Assembly (NCBI GenBank): GCA_046295715.1
Contig: JBKBMU010000005.1
Coordinates: forward strand, 80,755-144,754
Length of the DNA stretch: 64,000 nucleotides
Source of the DNA: Pseudanabaenaceae cyanobacterium
GTDB lineage: Bacteria; Cyanobacteriota; Cyanobacteriia; Pseudanabaenales; Pseudanabaenaceae
Reading direction: 5' to 3'
Below, one piece after another: positions 8,609-16,648 of this stretch (its first letter is position 1; every line of letters starts with the position of its first letter). The notes beneath the pieces are model-generated. The model made no database searches and was not told the DNA's origin. It saw nothing but the letters and a program-made list of their open reading frames with translations. The translations under genes and the position numbers were made by a program.

Positions 8609-9832
8609 ATGACCAAAGCCGTCAACCCTTCTAGCTCCTCCCAGGGTGATTACACTAGTGTCCAGGTAGGGACAAACACCGTAGTACCTGCAGGTAGGAC
8701 TATGGCAAATCTCAACATAGACAGTTTGCTGACTACCATCAGTTTGGTTTTGGATACTACAGGCATCATGCGGGTAGAAAACCCTTATCACAGTTGGCGA
8801 CTGTTGATTTGGGGAGGCACGATCGCCTTGGTGGAGGAAGAAAACGAACTAGCGCGCACACTCCTACGCAAACTCCGCAGTCAAAAAGTGCATCTAGCTG
8901 AACCTGAGCAACTGCATGAACAGATGTCGGGCATGGTGCTCTACCAAGCCATCAGCCAAATTTATCAAGACCACACTGAAGTAATGCGTCCCATTCTCAA
9001 GGAAGTTTTATTTGAGAATCTGTTAGCTTTGTATCTAGAGAAGGACTTTACTTGTATCTGGCATCCTGTAGACAACTTGCCACCCCTACAACTGCCCACT
9101 TGGAAGCTGAATATCCTGGATGAAGTAGCCCGCCGTGCTGTAGAACAGTGGCAGGAGCTAAAAAATATCAAACATCCCCACCAGACTGTGCAACTTTTAG
9201 ATCAACAAAGCCCGATCGCTTTTCTGCCCCTGTTTGCCAAAGTTACCAATGGCAAGTTCCGCATCACAGAAATTGCTGACGAATTCAAACAGCACATTTC
9301 CCGCACTGCCCAAAAACTGGACAAACTAGCGGAAATTCGCACTGTTGCCATTTTGCCCCTGCCCCTGCGCCAAAACAAGACCCAAGAAATTGAAACCGCC
9401 CCCAATGACATCAATCTCAGTCAGATTCCAGAAGTGATGGTTATAGATGACTCCCCCATCCAACTCAAGCAGATGGGTGAACTGTTAAAGAGTTGGGGTT
9501 ATCGCATCCATTTAATCAACGATCCCCATGCTGCTATCCAAGCGATGCACCAGCGCAAACCCAACATTGCCTTCATGGATATAAATATGCCTGGGCTGAG
9601 TGGCTTTGATTTAATTAAAGAAATCCGCAGAGATACAGAGCTAAAAGATATAGAGCTGGTGCTAATTACTTCTGCCGACAATATTCAGAATAAATTCCGG
9701 GCTAACTGGGCAAAATGTCGTTTTTTGGCTAAACCCCGCAGTAGCGAAGACCATCATATCCAAGAATTTCGCGGTAATCTGCGCAAGATTTTGCGGGAAG
9801 TTGTTCCCTTACCAACAGATGTTTTAGTATGA
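8609..9832 (+). CDS. PatA-type response regulator 1 (PATAN/DUF4388 N-domain + C-terminal receiver), PilG/HmpA class
   Basis: The C-terminal REC domain contains VMVIDDSPIQL...MDINMPGLSGFDLIKEIR...LAKP. A long N-terminal domain precedes it, as in PatA/PixG/PilG. The track start at 8564 is TTG; in-frame ATGs occur at 8609 and 8702. Confidence 0.8.
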   Translation: MTKAVNPSSSSQGDYTSVQVGTNTVVPAGRTMANLNIDSLLTTISLVLDTTGIMRVENPYHSWRLLIWGGTIALVEEENELARTLLRKLRSQKVHLAEPEQLHEQMSGMVLYQAISQIYQDHTEVMRPILKEVLFENLLALYLEKDFTCIWHPVDNLPPLQLPTWKLNILDEVARRAVEQWQELKNIKHPHQTVQLLDQQSPIAFLPLFAKVTNGKFRITEIADEFKQHISRTAQKLDKLAEIRTVAILPLPLRQNKTQEIETAPNDINLSQIPEVMVIDDSPIQLKQMGELLKSWGYRIHLINDPHAAIQAMHQRKPNIAFMDINMPGLSGFDLIKEIRRDTELKDIELVLITSADNIQNKFRANWAKCRFLAKPRSSEDHHIQEFRGNLRKILREVVPLPTDVLV

Positions 9833-9914
9833 CTACCGTAATTGTGCCCAAAATTGCTATATTAGTATCAGGCTTCGTGTTGATGACCAGATCACCCCAA
9901 CCCCGACCAGGACG

Positions 9915-11111
9915 ATGGCTATGTCAACCACACAGTTAAACCTTGGCGCAGGCGCTGACGCTCAAATGGTCAGGGATGCCACGCTCAATGTCCTTCTGCC
10001 AGCCATGCGGGTTATGAGCCGATCGACAGGTATCCTGCATGTAGAGACCAAGCACCATCATTGGAAAATCCTACTCCAGGGGAATGGCATGGTGCTGATG
10101 GAGTTGGAAGGCGCAGTAATTCCCACCCTTGTCAGTAAGTTTGGTGCCAAAGGGATCAAGTTCGGCCGTATCCCTGAGTTAGAGGTCAAACAGCATAACC
10201 GCCCCTACTGCTACGCCTTTGTGCATCAGGTCTATAAACGCTTTGCCAAACAGACTGAAGAAGTGCTGTTGGATGTAATCAACGAAAACTTTTTAGCCCT
10301 GCACCTTGAAGATAGGTTTACTTTTACTTGGTTTCCCACCAGCGATCTAGTCGTAGATTTGCCTGCCCACAACATTGCTGAGCTGGAAAAAGGGATCATG
10401 CCCGAAGTGCGCCGCTGGCAGACTGAGTTTGAGTATGTCAAGCATCCCTTCCAGCGCATCCAGTTACTAGATGCAGCGGCCCTGTTGGCACGGGTCGGCA
10501 ACGACAACTTCCCATTATTTGCCAAGGTAACTACAGGTCAGCACCGCATTACTGAGATCGCCGAAAACTTCAAACAACCCCTATATCGCACGGCAGTATT
10601 GCTCGATCGCCTGGCACAGAAGCAAATTATCTCGGTACTGCCCTTACCAGAGGTACAACATACACCAGTAACTGCTCCTGAGGATAGTCACCGCAGCAGC
10701 CACAGCAACGAACCCAAGATATTTATTGTGGACGACTCCACCTTACTGTTGAATCAATTCCGCAGTTTGCTGGAGGGGTGGGGCTATCAGGTGGAGGTGA
10801 CGGACGATCCCACCCAAGCCACCCAACTGATCATGCAGTACCGCCCCAGTGTGGTGTTTGCCGATATCAATATGCCCAGTTTGAATGGCTTTGAGTTAAT
10901 CAAACAGATTCGCCGACATCCCGATATGCAAAACCTGCCTTTGGTGTTGGTAACTGGGGAAAACAACATGACCAATAGTTTTCGGGCAAGGTGGGCAAAC
11001 TGCCGCTTTATTGCCAAAGCCAAGTCTCCCTCGGATACTGAACGGTTTCGGGATGAATTAAGAGAATTGTTGCGGGAACTGGCACCCCTGTCCACAGACA
11101 CCTTAGTTTAG
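9915..11111 (+). CDS. PatA-type response regulator 2 (tandem paralog of the preceding gene)
   Basis: 398 aa and collinear with RR1. Examples: HHWKILLQGNG vs HSWRLLIWGG; FPLFAKVTTGQHRITEIAENFKQ vs FLPLFAKVTNGKFRITEIADEFKQ. The REC domain contains IFIVDDS...ADINMPSLNGFELIKQIR. Confidence 0.8.
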   Translation: MAMSTTQLNLGAGADAQMVRDATLNVLLPAMRVMSRSTGILHVETKHHHWKILLQGNGMVLMELEGAVIPTLVSKFGAKGIKFGRIPELEVKQHNRPYCYAFVHQVYKRFAKQTEEVLLDVINENFLALHLEDRFTFTWFPTSDLVVDLPAHNIAELEKGIMPEVRRWQTEFEYVKHPFQRIQLLDAAALLARVGNDNFPLFAKVTTGQHRITEIAENFKQPLYRTAVLLDRLAQKQIISVLPLPEVQHTPVTAPEDSHRSSHSNEPKIFIVDDSTLLLNQFRSLLEGWGYQVEVTDDPTQATQLIMQYRPSVVFADINMPSLNGFELIKQIRRHPDMQNLPLVLVTGENNMTNSFRARWANCRFIAKAKSPSDTERFRDELRELLRELAPLSTDTLV

Positions 11112-11157
11112 GTTAATATACTCTGTTAGTGAACATGGCTGGATTTGGTGATTAACA

Positions 11158-11535
11158 ATGGGGCAGAGATTTTTGATTGTGGACGACAGTCCAACCGAGC
11201 GTACCCTACTCAGTGCAATGCTCAAGGAGTTGGGCCATGAGGTAGAGGTATGCGAGTCGACCAAAGGGGTGCTGGAAAAACTGGCAACGGGTGACTATGC
11301 CGCCATGTTTTTGGATATTGTTTTGCCTGAAGGGGACGGCTACAAATTTTTACGGCAGTTGCGCTCCAATCCCAAAACTGCCAATCAATATGTGGTATTT
11401 TCTTCCACGAAGCGCAGTAAGTTGGAGATTGACTATGGGTTAAAAAGGGCAGGGGCAGATGACTACTTACCTAAGCCAGTAACAAGGGATAGTCTATTAG
11501 AAGTATTGCAAAGAGTTAAACAAAAGGTGAAGTAA
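11158..11535 (+). CDS. single-domain CheY-like response regulator (PilH/HmpB class)
   Basis: 125 aa with FLIVDDSPTER...FLDIVLPEGDGYKFLRQLR...LPKP receiver motifs. Confidence 0.85.
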   Translation: MGQRFLIVDDSPTERTLLSAMLKELGHEVEVCESTKGVLEKLATGDYAAMFLDIVLPEGDGYKFLRQLRSNPKTANQYVVFSSTKRSKLEIDYGLKRAGADDYLPKPVTRDSLLEVLQRVKQKVK

Positions 11536-11537
11536 CT

Positions 11538-11975
11538 ATGTCTGCCCCTAGTGCTTACAACCGCTATATTTTGACGGGTTTAGGGGGGGGCAATCAGCAG
11601 GTAGTGGTTTTCCCTGATGCGGTGGTGTCTAGCATTATCGTGGTAGATCGGGGGAATGTAATGCCTGTGCCTTTTTATGACGGGTCGATCGCGGGTTTGC
11701 TGCATCATTTGGGGCAGGTGATCCCAGTGGTGGTACTGCGGCGGGCTTTGGGGGAACAGGGGGTATTGTTACCGGAGAATTTTCCGATGGTGCACCTCAG
11801 TGCCTTGGCTGGTGGGTTAGAGGGTGTGGGTTTGGTGGTGGATCAGGTACTGGAAAGTGTTACAGTGAGTCAGTATCAACCCCAGCCCCATCATCTGATG
11901 GTGGATCAGGTGTTAGATCGTTTGCCCCTATCCCTGTGGCAACCGCGACGGTGGGCGGGGCGAATGGCTGGATAG
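11538..11975 (+). CDS. CheW-like coupling protein (PilI/HmpC class)
   Basis: 145 aa with a CheW-like fold pattern (VVFPDAVVSSIIVVDRGNVMPVPF...IAGLLHHLGQVIPVV.L). It sits between the cheY-like and MCP genes. Confidence 0.7.
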   Translation: MSAPSAYNRYILTGLGGGNQQVVVFPDAVVSSIIVVDRGNVMPVPFYDGSIAGLLHHLGQVIPVVVLRRALGEQGVLLPENFPMVHLSALAGGLEGVGLVVDQVLESVTVSQYQPQPHHLMVDQVLDRLPLSLWQPRRWAGRMAG

Positions 11976-12002
11976 ACTTGTAGCTAGGCAAAAGGAAGGA
12001 TT

Positions 12003-15000
12003 ATGGCAGTTACCACAAAAACCCAAAAAGTTAAGTCCCAAACTCTTAGCCCCAGTCCAGCAAAAACTAGGGGCAGTGGGGGTTCGATCGGGACAGGGTT
12101 ACTGCTGGCTGTCTGTGGGAGTGCGGTGTTAGGAGTGGGGACGCTGGGATTTGTGCTTTACCAAGAGCTGTGGAAGGGTGCACAGCAGGAAATGGAAGGG
12201 CTGGTCAGGGCGGGGTCCCTACTGCTGGCAGAAGTAAAGTCACCAAACTCAGAAGCTAGGCCACTAAGCCAACTAGTCAGTCAAAAGGGTCAGGGCTACT
12301 TGGTATTAGTTGATGAAGAGGGCCAGATTTTGTCAGCTTCTGGCAGTCAAAGTGGGGAGGTGTCAGGGATCCCAGAACTGCGGGCTGTGTGGCAAGCAAG
12401 GGGTGCAAAAATTAGTGATACCGCCCAAGTAGGTGGGAATCTGGTAGCTTACCGCCAGTTACAACTGGGGGAACAAAAAGCATGGCTGTTTGGGGTGCTC
12501 CCTGAAGCAGAGGTGCGCGATCGGGTACTGTGGCAGACCCTGGGGGTGACGGTCGGTGTGGCTCTGTTGTTGGGGCTGGTGGTGCTGTGGTTTGTGAATT
12601 ATCTCAACCGCCGCTTGCAAAAAATTATGGATGAGTGCCAACAACTGGCACAGGCCCGGGGCGGTGTGGTTGAAGGGCAGAATAGTGGTGGAGATGAGCT
12701 GGATCGCCTAGAAACTGTTTTCCGTCAGTTAGTGGCGCAGATTGTCCAGCATGAAGAGCGCATCAGAGAAGAGACGACTAGGTTAGTCCAAAACCAAGAA
12801 CGACAGCGCATTGCCCAAGAACTGCAACAGGAACAGGAAGCCAGTGAACAGGAAGTGGGTTTACTGCTGGAGGTGGTCTCTTCCATTGAAGAGGGAGACT
12901 TGACCGTAGAAGCGGAGGTGAGCGATCGGGCCACTGGTCTGGTGGCAGACACCCTGAACCGTCTGCGGGAGCGGTTAGCCGAGACAATTGCGCGGGTGTT
13001 GGCGACTGCGCAGCAGGTGGCAATAGGGGCGGAAGAACTGCAAAGCCTAGCGCGCACTGTAGCGGCAAACACGGTAGAACAGGCGCAATCGGTGGCACAG
13101 GGGCGGGCACTGACGGAACAGGTGGCCAACTCTGCCCAAAGTTCAGCGGATCAGGTGAAAATTGCCAACCGGGCGCTCCAAGAGGTACAAAAGACGGTGG
13201 AATCAGCCCAAGCTGCGATTACTAAGCTGACAGAAGGGATCGCTGTTCTGCAGAAGGGATCAGCCCAGATTGTGCAGAGGATGAAAACCCTGGGGGAGTT
13301 TGTGGGTTTGGCGGAACAATTTGTGCAGGATCAGAGCCAGATTGCATCTTTGACCCAAGTGCTGGCGATCAACGCCACCCTAGTTGCCGCCCGTGCCGCT
13401 GAACAAAGAGACCCGAAACAGTTTATCGGGGTGGCGCGGGAATTTGAGACGATCGCAGAGCAGGTAAACGCCTTGGCGACGCAGACCAACCAAGGCTTGA
13501 CTGTACTGCGCCAACGCACAGGGCAGATTCAGGCGGTGGTGTCAGCGGTGGATACGGAAGTGCAGAGCTTAGGCGGTCTGGTGGCAGGCTTTACGGCTGG
13601 GGTAGAGCAGTCTGCTACTGCCTTCCAAAGTGTGCGCCAAGTAACGGAGCAGGTGGTAAAAGTGGGGCAGAGTGTTACCAGCTCCTCCTTGGAAATTGCC
13701 GATGCGGCCGTGTCCACCGCTAGGTATATCAGTGAAATTGCTACCCTCGCTGAACAAACTGCTCAATTGACGGCAACTGCCCGCCAACAGGCAGAAACCA
13801 TGGGAGCGATCGCCCAAGAACTCCTAACAGGGATTCGCTTCTTCCGTTTGCCAGAGGCGATGCTACCGAGTTTGGAAACAGCGATCGCTACACCGACTAC
13901 GGTGGATACCGCTGCCAGAGAGGAGTTGGAACTACTAGACTTTGAAGAAGAGGAATTCAGCGATATCACTGACTTTGCTGACCTAGCTGAAGCAGAAGAA
14001 ATGAGCGCACTAGACGGACAGGTAGCTACTGCTGAATGGGCTGACACCGAAGATAAGGAAGGTCCCAATACCTTTGCTGAAGTCCTGATGGATCGGGACT
14101 TGATGGAAATGGAAGAAGCAGAATTAGCATCACCTGCGCCCGAACTGCACCCAGAGGAGGCAAGGGCAGTTTCTACACCCTCCTATATAGGAGTGTCAGT
14201 GAGTGAGACAGATGAGGATAGCTTTGGGGATGTCTTACTGGATGAAGACTTACAGGAAATGGAAGCAGAAGTCAATGGGGCAATAGCTGATGCTGACAAA
14301 CCCTTGGCAGTTGCGCCGATGGCTGACCAGTGGGCAGAGACATCAACCAGTGAGTTAGAAGAGTTGGAGTACATACCAGAGGCAAGCTCTGAAGAAGTAG
14401 CTCTGCAGACTGAACCTACTGTGTATGAAGATAGTTTTGCTGATGTCCCGCTCCCAGCTACCCCAGAAGAGGAAGACTGGTTAGATGTGCCCATAGATGA
14501 CCTGCCGCCTCCACCAAATCAAGGGCTCGTAGATACTACCGAGCCAGATGTAGAAGATGACTTTGCGGCAGTGATGTTGGCAAGTGATGAAGATAGTTCT
14601 AACACCTTTGGTGAAGTGCTGGCTGACCCCGATTTGATTGAAATGGAACGGGAACAGGTAGCCATGCCTACGCCTATGGCTGAAGAATTTGAGGACTTAG
14701 TAATCGCAGAAGAAGCCTACCCAGAGGAAGTGGCTCCGGAGTTAGATTTTGACCAGATCGCTGACCTTGCAGAAACCACAGCAGATGACCTAGCTGACTT
14801 CGTTGTACCTGTAGCAGTAGATGCTGGTGATGCAGTGGTGGAAGTAGCAGATGTGCCCCTAGAGGACACTCTGCAAGAGCCTTTTGATATTCCTACCCAA
14901 ATTTTGGCGGCGTCGGTCATGCCAGAACCATCTAGTTCTATTCTGGTGGCAGAGTTGGCGGCAGACACTGGAGAATCAATGGATGACTTAGATTTGGTGG

Positions 15001-15272
15001 TGGCAGAGGAAGCAGAAATTCCCATGAATCAAGATTTTGAGGCTCTGGTTTCCGCTTTGGATGCAGAAGCAGGGATGCAAGCTGAGGTGGGAGCAGAACT
15101 AGGCGAAGAGGTAAGTCAGGGAAATATAGAACAGTTCCTACTGCAAATTCCAACCCCAGAACTTACAGCTAAGCCAGAAACTGAAGAGCTAGAAGAATGC
15201 TTGCCCCTCTTGAGTGAGGAAGAGAATACAACTCCCTTTGCTTTTGATTTTGACCTCATGAATGAAGAGTGA
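12003..15272 (+). CDS. methyl-accepting chemotaxis protein with a ~125-aa extracytoplasmic loop and a ~475-aa acidic C-terminal extension
   Basis: 1089 aa. Two TM segments lie at about aa 30-55 and 180-200. The MCP signalling hairpin is LTQVLAINATLVAARAAEQRDPKQFIGVAREFETIAEQVNALATQTNQG. After about aa 615 comes a D/E-rich tail carrying repeated SF[GA][DE]VL.D.DL.EME motifs. Confidence 0.85.
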   Translation: MAVTTKTQKVKSQTLSPSPAKTRGSGGSIGTGLLLAVCGSAVLGVGTLGFVLYQELWKGAQQEMEGLVRAGSLLLAEVKSPNSEARPLSQLVSQKGQGYLVLVDEEGQILSASGSQSGEVSGIPELRAVWQARGAKISDTAQVGGNLVAYRQLQLGEQKAWLFGVLPEAEVRDRVLWQTLGVTVGVALLLGLVVLWFVNYLNRRLQKIMDECQQLAQARGGVVEGQNSGGDELDRLETVFRQLVAQIVQHEERIREETTRLVQNQERQRIAQELQQEQEASEQEVGLLLEVVSSIEEGDLTVEAEVSDRATGLVADTLNRLRERLAETIARVLATAQQVAIGAEELQSLARTVAANTVEQAQSVAQGRALTEQVANSAQSSADQVKIANRALQEVQKTVESAQAAITKLTEGIAVLQKGSAQIVQRMKTLGEFVGLAEQFVQDQSQIASLTQVLAINATLVAARAAEQRDPKQFIGVAREFETIAEQVNALATQTNQGLTVLRQRTGQIQAVVSAVDTEVQSLGGLVAGFTAGVEQSATAFQSVRQVTEQVVKVGQSVTSSSLEIADAAVSTARYISEIATLAEQTAQLTATARQQAETMGAIAQELLTGIRFFRLPEAMLPSLETAIATPTTVDTAAREELELLDFEEEEFSDITDFADLAEAEEMSALDGQVATAEWADTEDKEGPNTFAEVLMDRDLMEMEEAELASPAPELHPEEARAVSTPSYIGVSVSETDEDSFGDVLLDEDLQEMEAEVNGAIADADKPLAVAPMADQWAETSTSELEELEYIPEASSEEVALQTEPTVYEDSFADVPLPATPEEEDWLDVPIDDLPPPPNQGLVDTTEPDVEDDFAAVMLASDEDSSNTFGEVLADPDLIEMEREQVAMPTPMAEEFEDLVIAEEAYPEEVAPELDFDQIADLAETTADDLADFVVPVAVDAGDAVVEVADVPLEDTLQEPFDIPTQILAASVMPEPSSSILVAELAADTGESMDDLDLVVAEEAEIPMNQDFEALVSALDAEAGMQAEVGAELGEEVSQGNIEQFLLQIPTPELTAKPETEELEECLPLLSEEENTTPFAFDFDLMNEE

Positions 15273-16644
15273 TATGGCAGTAGCTACAGGATTGGGGCGA
15301 TCGGGGGTAGTGGAGCGTCTGCGCACTACCATCAACTTTATGGCGGGCATAGGGGTGGTAGGGATTGTCCTAGCCAGTGTAATGGGCAGTACCAATTTAC
15401 TGGGGGGGTTGGCAGTGGGGATCGTGGTTTTGGCGGGGGGCTTCCTGTGGACACAAGCGCAACTGCGCCCTCTCACTAAACCCTTGGCAAACCTCCATCA
15501 GTTGGCTCAGACCTATGCTCACAAGTATCTGCCTGATCTTAACTTTACGGGTGATGAATTGACCAACCTGCAAAACATAGTCCAACAGATGGGGGAACGG
15601 CTCACAGAATTGTCAGAGCAACTGGCAGCAGAGGGGAGCGCAGATATTCAACTCCAAAACCGACTGCGGGAATTGTCCCAAATTGTGGCGAATCTAGCCC
15701 AAGGGAATTTGGATATTCAAACCAAGGAAGGAGAAGAAGTAAATCGCTATATTCAAGCGCTAGTGGATACGGTCAGGGCAATCTACAGCCAAACTGAACA
15801 AGTCAAGAACGAGCTCACAGAACTGCAAACTGTAACCACAGACCTGCGGGATCGTGCCCAAGCCCAACAGTCCTATTTACAAAAAACTCAGGCAGATTTG
15901 GCAAAGATGGGCAAATTAGTGAAACTGGCCCAAGAGCAGGAGCAGGCGGTGACAGAAGCGACCCAAATGGCTGAACTGGCGGTACAGGAAGCGGGACAGG
16001 GGATTGTCAGCCTCACCGAGTCGATCAATTCCCTCCAGACAGGTACAGGCTTGATTGTGCAGAGAATTCGCAACCTAGATGAATTCGTTACCCTGGCGAA
16101 GGAATTTGTACTGGAACAGAAACGATTGGCATCTTTGACCCAAGTGCTGGCGATGAACGCCTCTATGGTGGCGGCGCGCGCCGTGGAACAGCGGGAGCCA
16201 GACCAATTTGCCAGCGTAGCCCGTGAGTTTGCGGCGATCGCCTCTCAAGTGAACAGCCTTGCCACCCAGACCAATCAAGGGCTGGTGGTACTGCAACAGC
16301 GCACAGGCTTTGTGGAAGTGGTAGTGTCAGGGATTGATAAAGATATCAAAGATGTAACTAACTTGGTGAGTCAATTCACTGACAGCGTGAACCGTTCCCA
16401 GCAGAGTTTTGATTATCTCAAACAGGTATCAGCCCAAATGGCACAGGTAGCAGAACAGGTACTCACCACCAACCAAGCCTTGGGAAATACCGTACAGTCG
16501 GTATTAGGAGCCACTGAGCAGGTTTTTGCCAGGAGTGAAGAACTACTTAGGCAGATTAACGCTGTCCAATCCCAAGGGCAAGCCCTCAGCCAGCAGATCG
16601 CCCAACTAGCTCAACAGATTGCCAAGTTTCGTTTACCTGCATAG
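15262..16644 (+). CDS. methyl-accepting chemotaxis protein 2 (TM hairpin, no sensor loop)
   Basis: 460 aa. The signalling tip LTQVLAMNASMVAARAVEQREPDQFASVAREFAAIASQVNSLATQTNQG is paralogous to MCP1. ATG 15262 overlaps the MCP1 stop; an alternative ATG lies at 15274. Confidence 0.85.
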   Translation: MKSDMAVATGLGRSGVVERLRTTINFMAGIGVVGIVLASVMGSTNLLGGLAVGIVVLAGGFLWTQAQLRPLTKPLANLHQLAQTYAHKYLPDLNFTGDELTNLQNIVQQMGERLTELSEQLAAEGSADIQLQNRLRELSQIVANLAQGNLDIQTKEGEEVNRYIQALVDTVRAIYSQTEQVKNELTELQTVTTDLRDRAQAQQSYLQKTQADLAKMGKLVKLAQEQEQAVTEATQMAELAVQEAGQGIVSLTESINSLQTGTGLIVQRIRNLDEFVTLAKEFVLEQKRLASLTQVLAMNASMVAARAVEQREPDQFASVAREFAAIASQVNSLATQTNQGLVVLQQRTGFVEVVVSGIDKDIKDVTNLVSQFTDSVNRSQQSFDYLKQVSAQMAQVAEQVLTTNQALGNTVQSVLGATEQVFARSEELLRQINAVQSQGQALSQQIAQLAQQIAKFRLPA

Positions 16645-16648
16645 TCCT

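Noticed and set aside
12459-15476. Many 60-134-aa ORFs antisense to, or out of frame with, the MCP genes (e.g. 12725..13129, 12778..13110, 13763..14068, 14183..14494, 14717..15025). Similar ORFs occur inside cheA (17299..17622, 17554..17937, 18475..18918).
   Set aside because: They lie entirely inside long, well-supported genes and have low-complexity Ser/Ala/Pro/Arg-rich products. They are the expected shadow ORFs of repetitive GAA/GCN-rich coding sequence.
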